This document shows, in pieces, positions 19,687 through 29,759 of a DNA stretch of 64,000 bases; the first letter of the stretch is position 1, and every line of letters begins with the position of its first letter. The stretch is from a bacterium (GTDB lineage: Bacteria > Planctomycetota > UBA1135 > UBA2386): assembly GCA_030432695.1 (NCBI GenBank), contig JAUILN010000016.1, forward strand, positions 113,178 to 177,177. Direction: 5' to 3'. A model generated the notes under the pieces. The model saw only the letters and a program-made list of their open reading frames with translations. It was not told the origin of the DNA and did not search any database. A program made the position numbers and the translations under genes.

Positions 19687-20946
19687 ATGCAAGAGCCACG
19701 AGAAGGCAACCCGCCCCGCGACCTCACCCTGATCCTCGGTGCGACCGGCAAGACCGGCCGCCGCGTCGCCGCACGCCTGCAGGCGCTCGGCGTCCCGGTG
19801 CGCGGCGTATCGCGCTCGTCCGACCTCCCCTTCGACTGGAACGATGACACGACCTGGGCCGCCGCCCTGGATGGCGTGCGCCACGTCTACGTCAGCTACT
19901 CCCCGGACCTGGCGGCGCCCGGCGTGCAGCCGATCATCGCGTCGTTCGCCCACATGGCGAGGGACGTCGGCGTCGAGCGTCTGGTGCTGCTGTCGGGCCG
20001 CGGAGAGGAAGGGGCGCAACGGTGTGAAGACACCGTGCTCGACATCGGCCCGCGCTGGACCGTCGTGCGGGCCAGCTGGTTCAACCAGAACTTCAGCGAG
20101 GGGCACTTCCTACCGGGCATCCAGCAGGGAACCCTGGCGCTGCCCGCAGGCGACGTGCGCGAGCCCTTCATCGACGTCGACGACATCGCCGACGTCGCGG
20201 TGGCCGCGCTGACCAGCGACGGGCACGAAGGCCAGATCTACGAAGTGACCGGGCCGCGCCTGCTGACGTTCGCCGAGGCGGTCGCGGAGATCGGGGCGGC
20301 GACCGGCAGGCCGATCGAATACCGCCGGATCCCCACGCAGGACTACGTCGCCGCCGCAACTGCAGAGGGCGCGCCGGGGGAGATCGCGGACCTGCTCCGG
20401 TTCCTGTTCGACACCGTGCTGGACGGACGCAACGAGTCGGTGGAAGACGGTGTGCAGCGCGCTCTCGGCCGGCCGCCGCGCGACTTCCGGGACTACGCGC
20501 AGCAGCTGGCCGCGACCGGTGTCTGGGACCAACCGCGGTCACCGGAGGCGGTCGTACGACGCCTGATCGACGAGGCGTTCAACCAGGGTCGGACCGAAGT
20601 GATCCCGGAGCTCGTGCACGCGGACTACGTCTACCGCAGCCCCGGCGAGCAGGTCGACGGCGCCACCGGCCTGCAGGCGTTGGTCACGGGCTACCGGACC
20701 GCCTTCCCGGACCTGCACGTGCGCATCGACGAGTTGGTCGCGACCGACGACACGACCGTGACCTCGCTCACTCTGACCGGCACGCACCGAGGTGATCTGC
20801 TCGGCATCGCGCCGACCGGCAAGCCGGTCGAAGTCCACGCAATGGTGCGCTCGCGGTTCCGCGACGGCCGCATCGCCGATGAGTGGGAACTGCTCGACAT
20901 GCAGTCGCTCCTCGAACAACTCGGGGTCATGGAGTTGTCATCATGA
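19687..20946 (+). CDS. NmrA-like NAD(P)-binding protein fused to a C-terminal SnoaL-like ester cyclase
   Basis: GATGKTG Rossmann motif, FIDVDDIA; C-terminal YRTAFPDL...GTHRG...PTGK...FRDGRIADEW. Confidence 0.88.
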   Translation: MQEPREGNPPRDLTLILGATGKTGRRVAARLQALGVPVRGVSRSSDLPFDWNDDTTWAAALDGVRHVYVSYSPDLAAPGVQPIIASFAHMARDVGVERLVLLSGRGEEGAQRCEDTVLDIGPRWTVVRASWFNQNFSEGHFLPGIQQGTLALPAGDVREPFIDVDDIADVAVAALTSDGHEGQIYEVTGPRLLTFAEAVAEIGAATGRPIEYRRIPTQDYVAAATAEGAPGEIADLLRFLFDTVLDGRNESVEDGVQRALGRPPRDFRDYAQQLAATGVWDQPRSPEAVVRRLIDEAFNQGRTEVIPELVHADYVYRSPGEQVDGATGLQALVTGYRTAFPDLHVRIDELVATDDTTVTSLTLTGTHRGDLLGIAPTGKPVEVHAMVRSRFRDGRIADEWELLDMQSLLEQLGVMELSS

Positions 20947-21130
20947 GCGGGCTGTCCCTGGCCGCTGCCATCGGATCGGTACTGGTCGCCGGCATCTTCT
21001 TCACGTTCTAGACGTTCGTGATGCGCGCACTCGGCAGGCCCTGGTGCGCTGGCCCCACTGGAACCACGTGCGGAAGCTCGTCTCCCTGGCCGCAGGCGTC
21101 GTGTTCCTGCTCGCCCTGGATCGCGCGTAG
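20943..21130 (+). pseudogene. DUF1772/anthrone oxygenase-family pseudogene
   Basis: GSVLVAGIFFTF*TFVMRAL...WNHVR; TAG at 21009, internal deletion and frameshift. Confidence 0.75.
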
Positions 21131-21207
21131 CCGACGCGCCTGGATTCAGAGGGCGGCGTGGAAGGGAGCACCCCTGCGGGACGGGCCTCCGGCTACCATG
21201 CGCGACC

Positions 21208-22230
21208 ATGGGGGTCGTCACCGCCATCTTCGCGCGCCGCATCGCGCAGGCCGCCGGGTCCGAGATCGACGCCCACGCCATGCTGCGCTCGATCGGCCTC
21301 GACCCGGACGCCGGCATGGACGTCGGCGACATGGTCGCAGCCGATGCGTACTACGACTTCCTCGAGCGCATCGCCGCGCAGATGCGACACGGCCACGAAC
21401 TTCCGCTGAAGGTCGGGCCATTGATGCGACTCAACGACTACGGCGCGCTGGGCCTCGCGTGGAAGTCTGCGCCCACCACCCGCGACTCGCTCGAACGCGT
21501 GGCCCGCTACTGCCGCGTTTGGACCGACAACATGACCTATGAGCTGCGCGACGAGGTCGGCGGCAGCCTGTTCGTCCTGAACCGCTCGGGCGAGCGGCGC
21601 CTCGGCATGCGGCTGTCCAACGAGGCGACCGTGGCGAGCGCCACTTCGCTGATCCGGCAGACGTCGACGCCGCGCTTCCGTGCCCGCGCCGTCTACTTCC
21701 GGCACCAGGCGCCCCCCAGCACGTCGGCGCACGAAGCCTACTTCGGTGGTCCGGTGCACTACGGCGCCGAACTCGATGCCCTCTCGATCGCGGAAGAAGC
21801 GCTCGATCGCCCCAACCAGCTGGCCGACGACGGCATCTCGGACTACCTGGTCGGCCAACTGGAGCGCGAGGTCGAGCGACTTCGGTCGGATGAGGACCCG
21901 ATCGTGGAGCTGGTGCGCAAGACCGTCTCCGACGCGTTGTCCGACGGCCTGCCCCGCATGGCGACCGTGGCGAGCCGGCTCGCGATCAGCAACCGCACCC
22001 TCGGTCGGCGCCTCGCCGACAAGGGGCTGACGTTCAAGGCCCTGGTCGAGTCGACGCGACGGACGTTGGCCCACAACCTGCTGCGCCAGAGCCGCTACTC
22101 GCTCTCGGAGGTCGCGTTCCTGACCGGCTTCTCGGAGCAGAGCGCGTTCACCCGCGCCTTCAAGAGGTGGTCGGGCGAGACACCGAAGCGATACCGCGAC
22201 CGCACGCGCACGCCGCCAACACCCACCTGA
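21208..22230 (+). CDS. AraC-family transcriptional regulator
   Basis: YGALGLAWKSA N-domain; C-terminal SLSEVAFLTGFSEQSAFTRAFKRWSG. Confidence 0.95.
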   Translation: MGVVTAIFARRIAQAAGSEIDAHAMLRSIGLDPDAGMDVGDMVAADAYYDFLERIAAQMRHGHELPLKVGPLMRLNDYGALGLAWKSAPTTRDSLERVARYCRVWTDNMTYELRDEVGGSLFVLNRSGERRLGMRLSNEATVASATSLIRQTSTPRFRARAVYFRHQAPPSTSAHEAYFGGPVHYGAELDALSIAEEALDRPNQLADDGISDYLVGQLEREVERLRSDEDPIVELVRKTVSDALSDGLPRMATVASRLAISNRTLGRRLADKGLTFKALVESTRRTLAHNLLRQSRYSLSEVAFLTGFSEQSAFTRAFKRWSGETPKRYRDRTRTPPTPT

Positions 22231-22375
22231 CTCGTCCACTCCACCGCTGTCCATGCACGTGCATCCGGTTGGCCACGGGCGGCGCGGGATGATCTCCCCT
22301 GCAGCAGGGCGGCTGGAGAAAGCCCCTGATGCGGCGCGAGCAGCGAAGCCCGGGAGCGCCCCGGAACATCGGCTG

Positions 22376-23296
22376 TCAATCGGCACGAACCATCTCGGTC
22401 ACGCCCGGTAGCTCCGCCTGCAGGTACTCGGCCAGCGCACGGACGACCGGCAGGGCCCCCCGGCTCGTCGGTGTAAGGAGGCTGATCCGTGCGTCGGCTG
22501 CGAGCCACTCCGGCAGCACGGAGACGAGATCGCCCGCGACCAGCTCCGGGCGGCAGACGTAGCCCGGGAGCGCCACGATTCCCAGCCCGGCGGCGGCGGC
22601 CTTCTTGAGGGTCGACATGTCGTCACTGCACAGCTTCGGCCGGAAGTGCACGGTGTGGCGCGCACCCTTCGGCCCGAGGAGGGCCCACTCCCCCAACTCC
22701 GGGCGCCAGCCGGCCTTCAGGCCCACGTGGCTTCCCAGCTCTTCCGGGGTCGTGGGGCGACCCGCGCGCTCGAGGTAGGCCGGACTGGCGAACAGGAACC
22801 AGGGTGCTCGCGCGACCGCGCGCTGGACGAGGCTCGAATCCGGCAACGGCCCGACATGCCCACGGAGGGCGAGGTCGATCCCGGCTTCGACGAGGTTCAC
22901 CGGCCGGTTGGTGACGTTCTGGATCACCTCGACCCCGGGGTTCGCGAGCAGGAAGCGACTGACGAGGTCTCCCAGTGCGTACTGAGCCATACCGACCGAG
23001 CACGAGATGCGCACCCGCCCCACGAGGGAGTCGGCCTGGCACCGGACTTCCGCCTCCGCAGCCTCCACCTCGTCGAGCGCGGCGCGGGCCCGACGGTAGA
23101 ACGCCTGCCCGAGGTCGGTGACCACGAACTGCCGCGACGTGCGGTGGATGAGGCGAACGCCCAATCGGTCTTCGAGCTGCTGCACGTGTCGACTGAGCAG
23201 CGACTTCGGCAGGTCGAGAGCCCGTCCGGCCGCCGCGAAGCCGCCCTTCTCCACGACGTGCGCGAAGTAGTAGTAGTCGTTGAGGTCGAACTGCAT
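22376..23296 (-). CDS. LysR-family transcriptional regulator
   Basis: DLNDYYYFAHVVEKGGFAAAGRAL...LEDRLGVRLIHRTSR; substrate-binding domain. Confidence 0.95.
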   Translation of the reverse strand: MQFDLNDYYYFAHVVEKGGFAAAGRALDLPKSLLSRHVQQLEDRLGVRLIHRTSRQFVVTDLGQAFYRRARAALDEVEAAEAEVRCQADSLVGRVRISCSVGMAQYALGDLVSRFLLANPGVEVIQNVTNRPVNLVEAGIDLALRGHVGPLPDSSLVQRAVARAPWFLFASPAYLERAGRPTTPEELGSHVGLKAGWRPELGEWALLGPKGARHTVHFRPKLCSDDMSTLKKAAAAGLGIVALPGYVCRPELVAGDLVSVLPEWLAADARISLLTPTSRGALPVVRALAEYLQAELPGVTEMVRAD

Positions 23297-23572
23297 CGGG
23301 CCCCGGTCGTTCCATCCAGAGAACGCTGGGTCCCGATTGTCCGACTTCTCAGGCCGCGTGTCGCGCCTAGGAGGCAGGGTCACGGGACACGTTCCGATCC
23401 AGTGCGTGACCTCGTGCTCAGGTCGAAGCCGCGAAACGCAGCCGAATCTGTGGATTCGGCGAGGCTTCGGGGCGAGATCCTGGGCGCGAGGGCGCGTGCT
23501 GGGCGGAATGGTCTGCCGTGACCCTGTCTCCTAGTGTCCTGGTAGGCCGAGATCCGAACCGGGAAGCCAGAC

Positions 23573-24271
23573 ATGACCATCAAGAGCACCGCCATCCACC
23601 AGAGCAACCGTCCGGAGAACCACGGGTCCAGAGCCCACCCGACCTTCCACGACGCCCGAGCCGAGTTCGAGCGGGCCTGGAACCGGCCGGGGCACACCCG
23701 GATCGAGCCAGCAGCCGTCGACCTGAACCAGCTCCTGACCCGGTCCGACTCGATCGAGGACGGTCTCCGACTCACCGGACGGATGCTCTGGGACGCGGAG
23801 GTCGCGAAGGCCTGGGACCCCGGCACCTACATTCCCTCCGTCGTGCTCGAGGGCGAGTCGTGGGGGCGTGAGACGCTCTCCGATGGCAAGCCGTGGTTCG
23901 TCCGATCGAGCCGACAGGTGGCCTGGAAGGCGGGCACCGATCCCGGCGTGGTCCTCGAGGAGGTCTACCTCGATCCCGCAGGCCGCTCCGTGCTGTTCCT
24001 CGGCCGTTCGGAGCTGCTCGGGCCCGACGGTGCTCCCGTGCAGGCCGGCGCGCATCAACCGCTGTTCCACGTCGAGCACGCGGTCACCGGCACGGAGGAG
24101 GAGCCTTTGAACCGCTGGCGGATCGTGCACCTGACCGACACCGAAGATCCGGCGCTCATCGAACGACAGGTGGAACAGGGTTCCGCGGACTGGCTACTCG
24201 GCTTCCTCTCCAAGTTCATCGAACTCGAGCTCGATCGGAACCCTCGTGCCACTCCCAGGGCGCGAGACTGA
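23573..24271 (+). CDS. Hypothetical protein, divergent from LysR
   Basis: 232-aa ORF with GC3-biased codons. Confidence 0.7.
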   Translation: MTIKSTAIHQSNRPENHGSRAHPTFHDARAEFERAWNRPGHTRIEPAAVDLNQLLTRSDSIEDGLRLTGRMLWDAEVAKAWDPGTYIPSVVLEGESWGRETLSDGKPWFVRSSRQVAWKAGTDPGVVLEEVYLDPAGRSVLFLGRSELLGPDGAPVQAGAHQPLFHVEHAVTGTEEEPLNRWRIVHLTDTEDPALIERQVEQGSADWLLGFLSKFIELELDRNPRATPRARD

Positions 24272-24584
24272 TGTAGGCCCGATCACCGAGCAGTTCGTCG
24301 AAACCCTCGGGCAGGCGTGAGCTTGGGGACGGCGACTTCATGGTGTTGCACCAGCAGCCAGGAGCCCGAGCCGCAACGAGGGCCGGAGATTCTCCTGCGC
24401 GGGGGCTCGGGATCGGCAGGGGGCTCGGGGCGCCCTGCGCGTTCGTCGCCGCGCGGCGTGGTCCCGATCAGCGTGGCGCGCGTGGCTCGTCTAGCGTGGC
24501 GAACGACAGTCGGCCGCGCCGCCACGCCGTGCACGCGCTGCGCCTCAGGTACGGGTCCACATGGACCTGTGACTTTGCCACCGC

Positions 24585-25388
24585 CTAATCCAGCCCCTTG
24601 CCCAGCTCCGCCAGCAGCGCCTTCTTGCGCTTCTTCTCCAACTTGGGATCAGCCACCTGAATGAACTCGATGGCCGAGAACCCGTCGCCGCGCTTGCGAT
24701 TCTGCGGAGGCTCCATCGCCTCGATCAACAGCGCCTCCATGGTGTCGATCAGGATATCCAGGCCCATGGTCTTGCCGGTGTTGGTGTCCAGCGTGCCGTC
24801 CTCTTTGACCGTCAGCACACCGAACCACGAGAAGCGGTCCCACCGCCCGTTGTGACGATCCTTGGTGTGCGCCCGCAAGCGCTCGCCGATACCTTTCTGC
24901 GCTTTCGACCGTCCGACGTAGACCACCTCGCGGCGGTCGTGCAGCAGGTAAACGCCTTGCTGATTCGCGATCTCCACCGGCGTGCTACCCACTTGTTGCT
25001 GCCCCAGCAGCTTCGGATTCGTCAGCGTCCAATCCACGAACTCGCGGCGCCAGTACATACCGAACGCGTTGATCAGCCCGGCGTCCGGCTCGTCGGCATC
25101 CGCGGGCAAAGTCGTCGGCGTAGTCGTGGTGGTCTTCGCAGGCTGCGTCGCGCCTGCAACCTGACGTAGACGGTAGCGACCATTGCCGACGCGCTCGAAC
25201 GGGGACTTGTCGCCGTCCTCCTTGATCGATGTGGATAGTGCAGCAGCCACCGACGCCGGAGGAGTCGCGCCAATCTTCTTCTTCAGCCCTTGCTGAAAGA
25301 TCATCTCGGCAATCTCCGTGTAGTGCACCGGATCGACCTGCCCGGTCAACACCTGCAGGATCGCCTCCTTCCACTGCATGTCGCCCAT
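24585..25388 (-). CDS. HARE-HTH (HB1/ASXL/restriction endonuclease HTH) fused to a GIY-YIG-like nuclease domain
   Basis: WKEAILQVL...HYTEIAE...GATPPASV...FERVG.GRY; GVYLLH...VVYVGR...ERLRAH...E...N. Confidence 0.8.
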   Translation of the reverse strand: MGDMQWKEAILQVLTGQVDPVHYTEIAEMIFQQGLKKKIGATPPASVAAALSTSIKEDGDKSPFERVGNGRYRLRQVAGATQPAKTTTTTPTTLPADADEPDAGLINAFGMYWRREFVDWTLTNPKLLGQQQVGSTPVEIANQQGVYLLHDRREVVYVGRSKAQKGIGERLRAHTKDRHNGRWDRFSWFGVLTVKEDGTLDTNTGKTMGLDILIDTMEALLIEAMEPPQNRKRGDGFSAIEFIQVADPKLEKKRKKALLAELGKGLD

Positions 25389-25990
25389 GGCGATCTCTTA
25401 TAGCAGACCGCGACGCGAGCGCCCGCAAGAAAATGGCGGGTCGACTGACTGATAGCGACCGCCCCGCCCGCAGGCAGCCGGGGTCCGCCCCCGACAGGTA
25501 TCCAATGGGGTAATCCCATGCCGCGGCGTCGCTCCTCGTCGTACTCAGCTTACAGCGAGCTGTACCGCACGTCCTCGCGAGCGAGCAGCAGGTGCGCCTG
25601 CTCGGTCGTCTCGCCCTACCACTTGGACTGGGCCACGAACTCGTCCAAGTTCGCCTGCGCGGTCTTGGGCACGCCGCCGACCACATCACGCTTGCGCGTG
25701 GGGCCGTCGGGGGCTGCTCGGTAGGCAGCACACGACGTCGTCGCAGAGGCGCTGCTGCTCGAGAAGTCTCGCAAAGACCGAACGGGGCGGCTCACGTCGG
25801 AGGACTACTCGAACGGCTGGCAGCCGGTTCCTCGCGTACTGCGTCGATCGGCGGAAGGATGGTCGGACCGGCGAGACAACGATTCCACCGTTCGTTGCCG
25901 ACGCGGCGCGGCTGGACCGCGCTGTCATCGAGAGGCGGTAGGCGACCCGATCCCTCCCCGCAACTCGCCGCGCGACATAGCATCCTCCTC

Positions 25991-26326
25991 ATGGCTACCG
26001 ACGGGGATCCCCAGCACACCATCATCGACCGGCCGCATGAGTTCCGTATCGGCACCCTCCACTATCACGTCGGCCTCGACGGGCAAGAGTCCCACCTGGA
26101 CCTGCACCTCCATCGAGGAGACGAGGTGCGGCGCTTGCGCTTCTACTCACCCCAGGACATCGAAATCGAGAAGGGCTTTCCACTGCCGACTGGCGGAATG
26201 GTGATCCTCGATGTCACAGGTCGCCAGATGGAAGGCCTGCGCGTCCGGGTCGCGGACTTCGAAGCCAGCTGGGGCTCCATCACCTACTGGGCGAGGGAGG
26301 TCGTGGACCTGGACGCTGCGCCCTGA
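25991..26326 (+). CDS. Hypothetical protein, possibly immunity-like
   Basis: 111-aa ORF; TAGCAT -10-like hexamer 7 nt upstream of the ATG. Confidence 0.7.
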   Translation: MATDGDPQHTIIDRPHEFRIGTLHYHVGLDGQESHLDLHLHRGDEVRRLRFYSPQDIEIEKGFPLPTGGMVILDVTGRQMEGLRVRVADFEASWGSITYWAREVVDLDAAP

Positions 26327-26492
26327 CCGAGGATTGCATCGAGGAGCGAGTCCGTCATTCGCCGGAGCCCACGGCGCAGCCGCGTCACTCCGGGGCTCGG
26401 CCCGGTCGCCGCCTGGCGCGGGGTCGTCGGGAGACACCTCCGATCCTGCCCCTCGCGTCCATCCCCAGTGACGCACGCGACCCACGGCATCA

Positions 26493-27176
26493 TCAGCACT
26501 CCACGCGACCGCCGGCCAGCTCCCGAGCCAGTTCCGGCACCCTCGCCATCGCGTGACCGCGCGACGCCGCGTGTCGTCCGTCGCCGAACTCCTGGTACTC
26601 CACCTCGACCGAGTGCATCCGGTCTCCCACGCCGAGGTACTTCGAGGCGGTCCTGATGTGCGGGAGCAGGTGGCCGTGGGCCTCGTTCGGGCCACCAGGG
26701 GCGAATCCGAATTCGCCGACCGAGGAGAGCACGACGAGGGTCTTGTCCTCGAGGATCGGCTCGAGCGGGTGGTCGCCGCGCGCGAGGTCGAACGTGAACG
26801 TGCGGCCGATGCGGATGACCTGGTCGAACCAGGCCTTGAGGCTGGCCGGCATGCCGTAGTTGTACATCGGGGTGGCCACCACCAGCACGTCGGCGGCTTC
26901 GAGCTCGTCGATGAGCCGGTCGGACAAGGCGAGAATGGCCCGCTGCTCGCGAGTCCGGGTTTCGGCGAAGGCGGCCGCGATCCACTCCTCGCTGACGGCC
27001 GGTGGCGGATCGAGACCGACGTCGCGACACAACACGACGTCGCCGGGACGCTCGGCATGCCACGCGGAGACGAAGGTGTCGGCGAGCGCCCGCGTGATCG
27101 AGCGGCGCGCCCGAGCGCTCGCATCGATCCGCAGGATCGTCTTGGCAGAACGGTCGATCGTGATTGTGTCCGTCAT
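26493..27176 (-). CDS. azoR: FMN-dependent NADH-azoreductase
   Basis: ILRIDASAR..RSITR, TPMYNYGMPASLKAWFDQV...G.TF. Confidence 0.9.
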   Translation of the reverse strand: MTDTITIDRSAKTILRIDASARARRSITRALADTFVSAWHAERPGDVVLCRDVGLDPPPAVSEEWIAAAFAETRTREQRAILALSDRLIDELEAADVLVVATPMYNYGMPASLKAWFDQVIRIGRTFTFDLARGDHPLEPILEDKTLVVLSSVGEFGFAPGGPNEAHGHLLPHIRTASKYLGVGDRMHSVEVEYQEFGDGRHAASRGHAMARVPELARELAGGRVEC

Positions 27177-27223
27177 GATTCTCCTCTTCCTCTTCGGGTT
27201 GCGTTGCCGAGATCCGGTCGGCG

Positions 27224-27688
27224 TCAGAGCCCGAACTCCGACAGCCCGGGATGGCCGACCGGGCGCGGCCCCAGCGGCCACGAGAACAGCCGCTCCGACG
27301 CGTCGATCGGCACGTCGTTGATGCTCGCGTGCCGCGCCCGCATCAGACCGTCGCAGTCGAACTCCCAGTTCTCGTTGCCGTGCGCGCGGTACCACTGCCC
27401 CACGCCGTCGTGCCACTCGTAGACGAAGCGCACGGCGATGCGGTCGTAAGTGAAGGCCCAGACCTCCTTGATCAGGCGATACTGGTGCTCCTTGGCCCAC
27501 TTGCGGGTCAGGAACGACTCGATCTCGCGGCGGCCGGTGAGGAACTCCGACCGGTTGCGCCAGCGGCTGTCCTCGGTGTGCGCGAGCGCCACCTTGGCGG
27601 GATTCCGGCTGTTCCAGGCATCCTCGGCCATGCGGGCCTTATCGATGGCGGTGTCTCGGGAGAACGGGGGCAATGGCGGTTTGCGCAT
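27224..27688 (-). CDS. DUF1348 / NTF2-like protein
   Basis: PPLPPF...AEDAWNSR...WRNRSEF...RIAVRF.YEWHD...GNENWEF...HASIND. Confidence 0.92.
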   Translation of the reverse strand: MRKPPLPPFSRDTAIDKARMAEDAWNSRNPAKVALAHTEDSRWRNRSEFLTGRREIESFLTRKWAKEHQYRLIKEVWAFTYDRIAVRFVYEWHDGVGQWYRAHGNENWEFDCDGLMRARHASINDVPIDASERLFSWPLGPRPVGHPGLSEFGL

Positions 27689-27760
27689 CTGGACCTCTTG
27701 TTCGTGTGCGCAGCTCTTGTTCGTGTGCGTAGTCCGACCCGCTCGAGCGGGTCGGTGGGA

Positions 27761-28543
27761 TCACGCCATCTCGTGGACCGACTGCTCTGCCTCCTCCGCC
27801 GACGCCGCCATCTGCTCGACCGCCTGCCTGGTGTCCCAGACCGAGGACGCGATCATGCGGTAGTTGGTGCAGGCCGCCGCAAAGCCGTCGTAGCCAGGAA
27901 CCTTGGCCGCAGCGGTGGCATCCGCGACCACCGCGACGTCAAAGCCGTATTCGACGAGCTCCCGCAAATGGGACTCGGTGCAGAGGTTGGCGGACATGCC
28001 GGCGAGGAGCACCCGGGATATACCCCGCTTGCGCAACTGCAGGACCAGGTCGTTGGACTCGGGGCCATAGACCTTGTGGGGGCTGGTCACGACGGTCTCG
28101 CCGTCCTGGATGTAGGGCTTGAAGCAGTCCACCCAGTCGGCACCCGAGCCTTCGAAGCCCTCGACCGACAGCTGGTCCTTCCGATCGAACATCTGGATCG
28201 AGTGCATGACCCGCTCCAGCGCCCCCTCCATGTGCCAGCGGTGATCGTGCGGGTAGTAGTAGTGCGGGGAGACGAACACCGGCACGCCGGTCTCCTTCGC
28301 GCTCCGGAACAACTGCTCGAGGTTCTCGACCGTGCGGTTCTCCCGAACGCTCTCGCCAACGACGCCCCACGCGACCCCGCCCTCGGACAGGAAGTCGTTC
28401 TGGGGATCGATGACGACGAGAGCGGTCTCGCCCGGGACGATCGCGAAGCCGAGGTCCGGCAGGCCACTGCCATCGTCGGCGTTGGGGGCGAACCGCTTCG
28501 CGGTGTTCGGGTTGCGGTCTTGGTTCTCGCGTTCCGTGCTCAT
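27761..28543 (-). CDS. Cysteine hydrolase (isochorismatase family)
   Basis: TALVVIDPQNDF, SPHKVYGP, LAGMSANLC; GGAG RBS. Confidence 0.92.
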   Translation of the reverse strand: MSTERENQDRNPNTAKRFAPNADDGSGLPDLGFAIVPGETALVVIDPQNDFLSEGGVAWGVVGESVRENRTVENLEQLFRSAKETGVPVFVSPHYYYPHDHRWHMEGALERVMHSIQMFDRKDQLSVEGFEGSGADWVDCFKPYIQDGETVVTSPHKVYGPESNDLVLQLRKRGISRVLLAGMSANLCTESHLRELVEYGFDVAVVADATAAAKVPGYDGFAAACTNYRMIASSVWDTRQAVEQMAASAEEAEQSVHEMA

Positions 28544-29214
28544 CGTTCTCTCCGGGATCAGGTGGGGCATGGTGCCCCGGACTTGGCGTGGCCCGACGTG
28601 GGCCGTGGGCGGGTGCCAGGTCACATCCCGTGCCCTCGGACGGACGGTTGGAGAGTGGAAGGGCGTAAGCCACTTCTCATAAGTTGGTTGGAGAGATCGA
28701 TGGCCGCCGAACGGAATGCAGCCAGCGCGACGAGATCTCGTGATCCCCGAGATCTCGTGCCCCGAGATCACGAAATGTCGGGGCGCCCTTCCGCCAGGAT
28801 TGACGACTCGGCGCGACCGGATGCGTACCGAGATCGGTTGACGATCACGACGAAGCGCGGAGCCCCGATCGCAAGTCGCGGTTCTGGCTCGGCGGCCTGA
28901 ATCCGAGATCGCGCAGCATGTCACCGACCCCGCTCTGGCCGCCTGCGGCCCGCTGAGTGGAGCTTCCCGGCGCCGGACGGACTTGCAAGACACCGTCTCG
29001 ACGACAAAGCCGTCAGGGCCGGTGGGCCATCAGGCCCGCAGCGAGCAACCTTGCCAGAGCCGCGCCCTCCCGGTCGAGATCGAGGCCGAGAGCTGTACAC
29101 CACGCCTCTCCATCACGCCTTCGAGCTCGGTATTCGCCAGCGATACCCACGGCCTTCGATCTCGAGGACGTGGCACAGTTCGAGGGCTCGCCGGGCTGCC
29201 ACGCGCGTCAGCGA

Positions 29215-29386
29215 GCGGCGCACATGGTCCGCCACGCGCGCCAGGTCCGCGTCGCTCGGCGGCGGCATTGGGTGGAACACGGCGCGGCCGGCGCCGAAAG
29301 ACACCGTGAAGACTCCATCCACGAACAGGGCGTGGAAGTGGGAGTTGAGCCGCAGCGCCGAGTCGAAGCGTTGCACCGACACCACT
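29215..29386 (-). pseudogene. Internal fragment of the ISCR-like transposase (HUH region)
   Basis: VVSVQRFDSALRLNSHFHALFVDGVF...PPPSDADLAR. Confidence 0.88.
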
Positions 29387-29759
29387 CACGCTTCGGCCGA
29401 CGCCCGGACGACCCGGGGTGTGTTTCCTGCACGCCCTGACCGACCAGCAGCGCCTCCCATGGCTCCATGCGGTGCCGACAATGGTTCCCAGCGACCTCGA
29501 GTTCCGCCTCGAACGTGCGGTGACGGTCCGAGTCCTGCGCCAAGACCAACCCCCCAGGAACCTCGCGGTTCGGTTCCGAGGCAATGCTCGCGACGAGTCG
29601 CTTTCTCTCGTCACCGACGATGCCGGCGGACTCCGGCTGTGGCTTCCCTTGCAAGGCGGGACCTTGGTGAAGATCGAGCGCCCCGAGCGAGCGACATTGG
29701 AGCTCGACGTGCGCACGGCCGACGAAGACGGCCTCCTCGTCATCGATCTCGACGACTGA
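29387..29759 (+). pseudogene. 3' fragment of a paralogue of the 3-1415 carboxypeptidase-regulatory-like gene
   Basis: PGRPGVC...LPWL...FRLER.VT...LVTD..G.L.LWLP...ADEDGLLVIDLDD*; begins at the transposase-fragment junction. Confidence 0.8.

Noticed and set aside
21009-21011. In-frame TAG as pyrrolysine or read-through
   Set aside because: The gene also has a deletion and frameshift; TCG to TAG decay is likely.
24275-24360. Minus-strand CWCNTMKS as an HNH nuclease remnant
   Set aside because: Too short and without supporting upstream motifs.
25520-25940. Decayed coding-like frames with internal stops
   Set aside because: Probably pseudogene debris; no family could be recognised.
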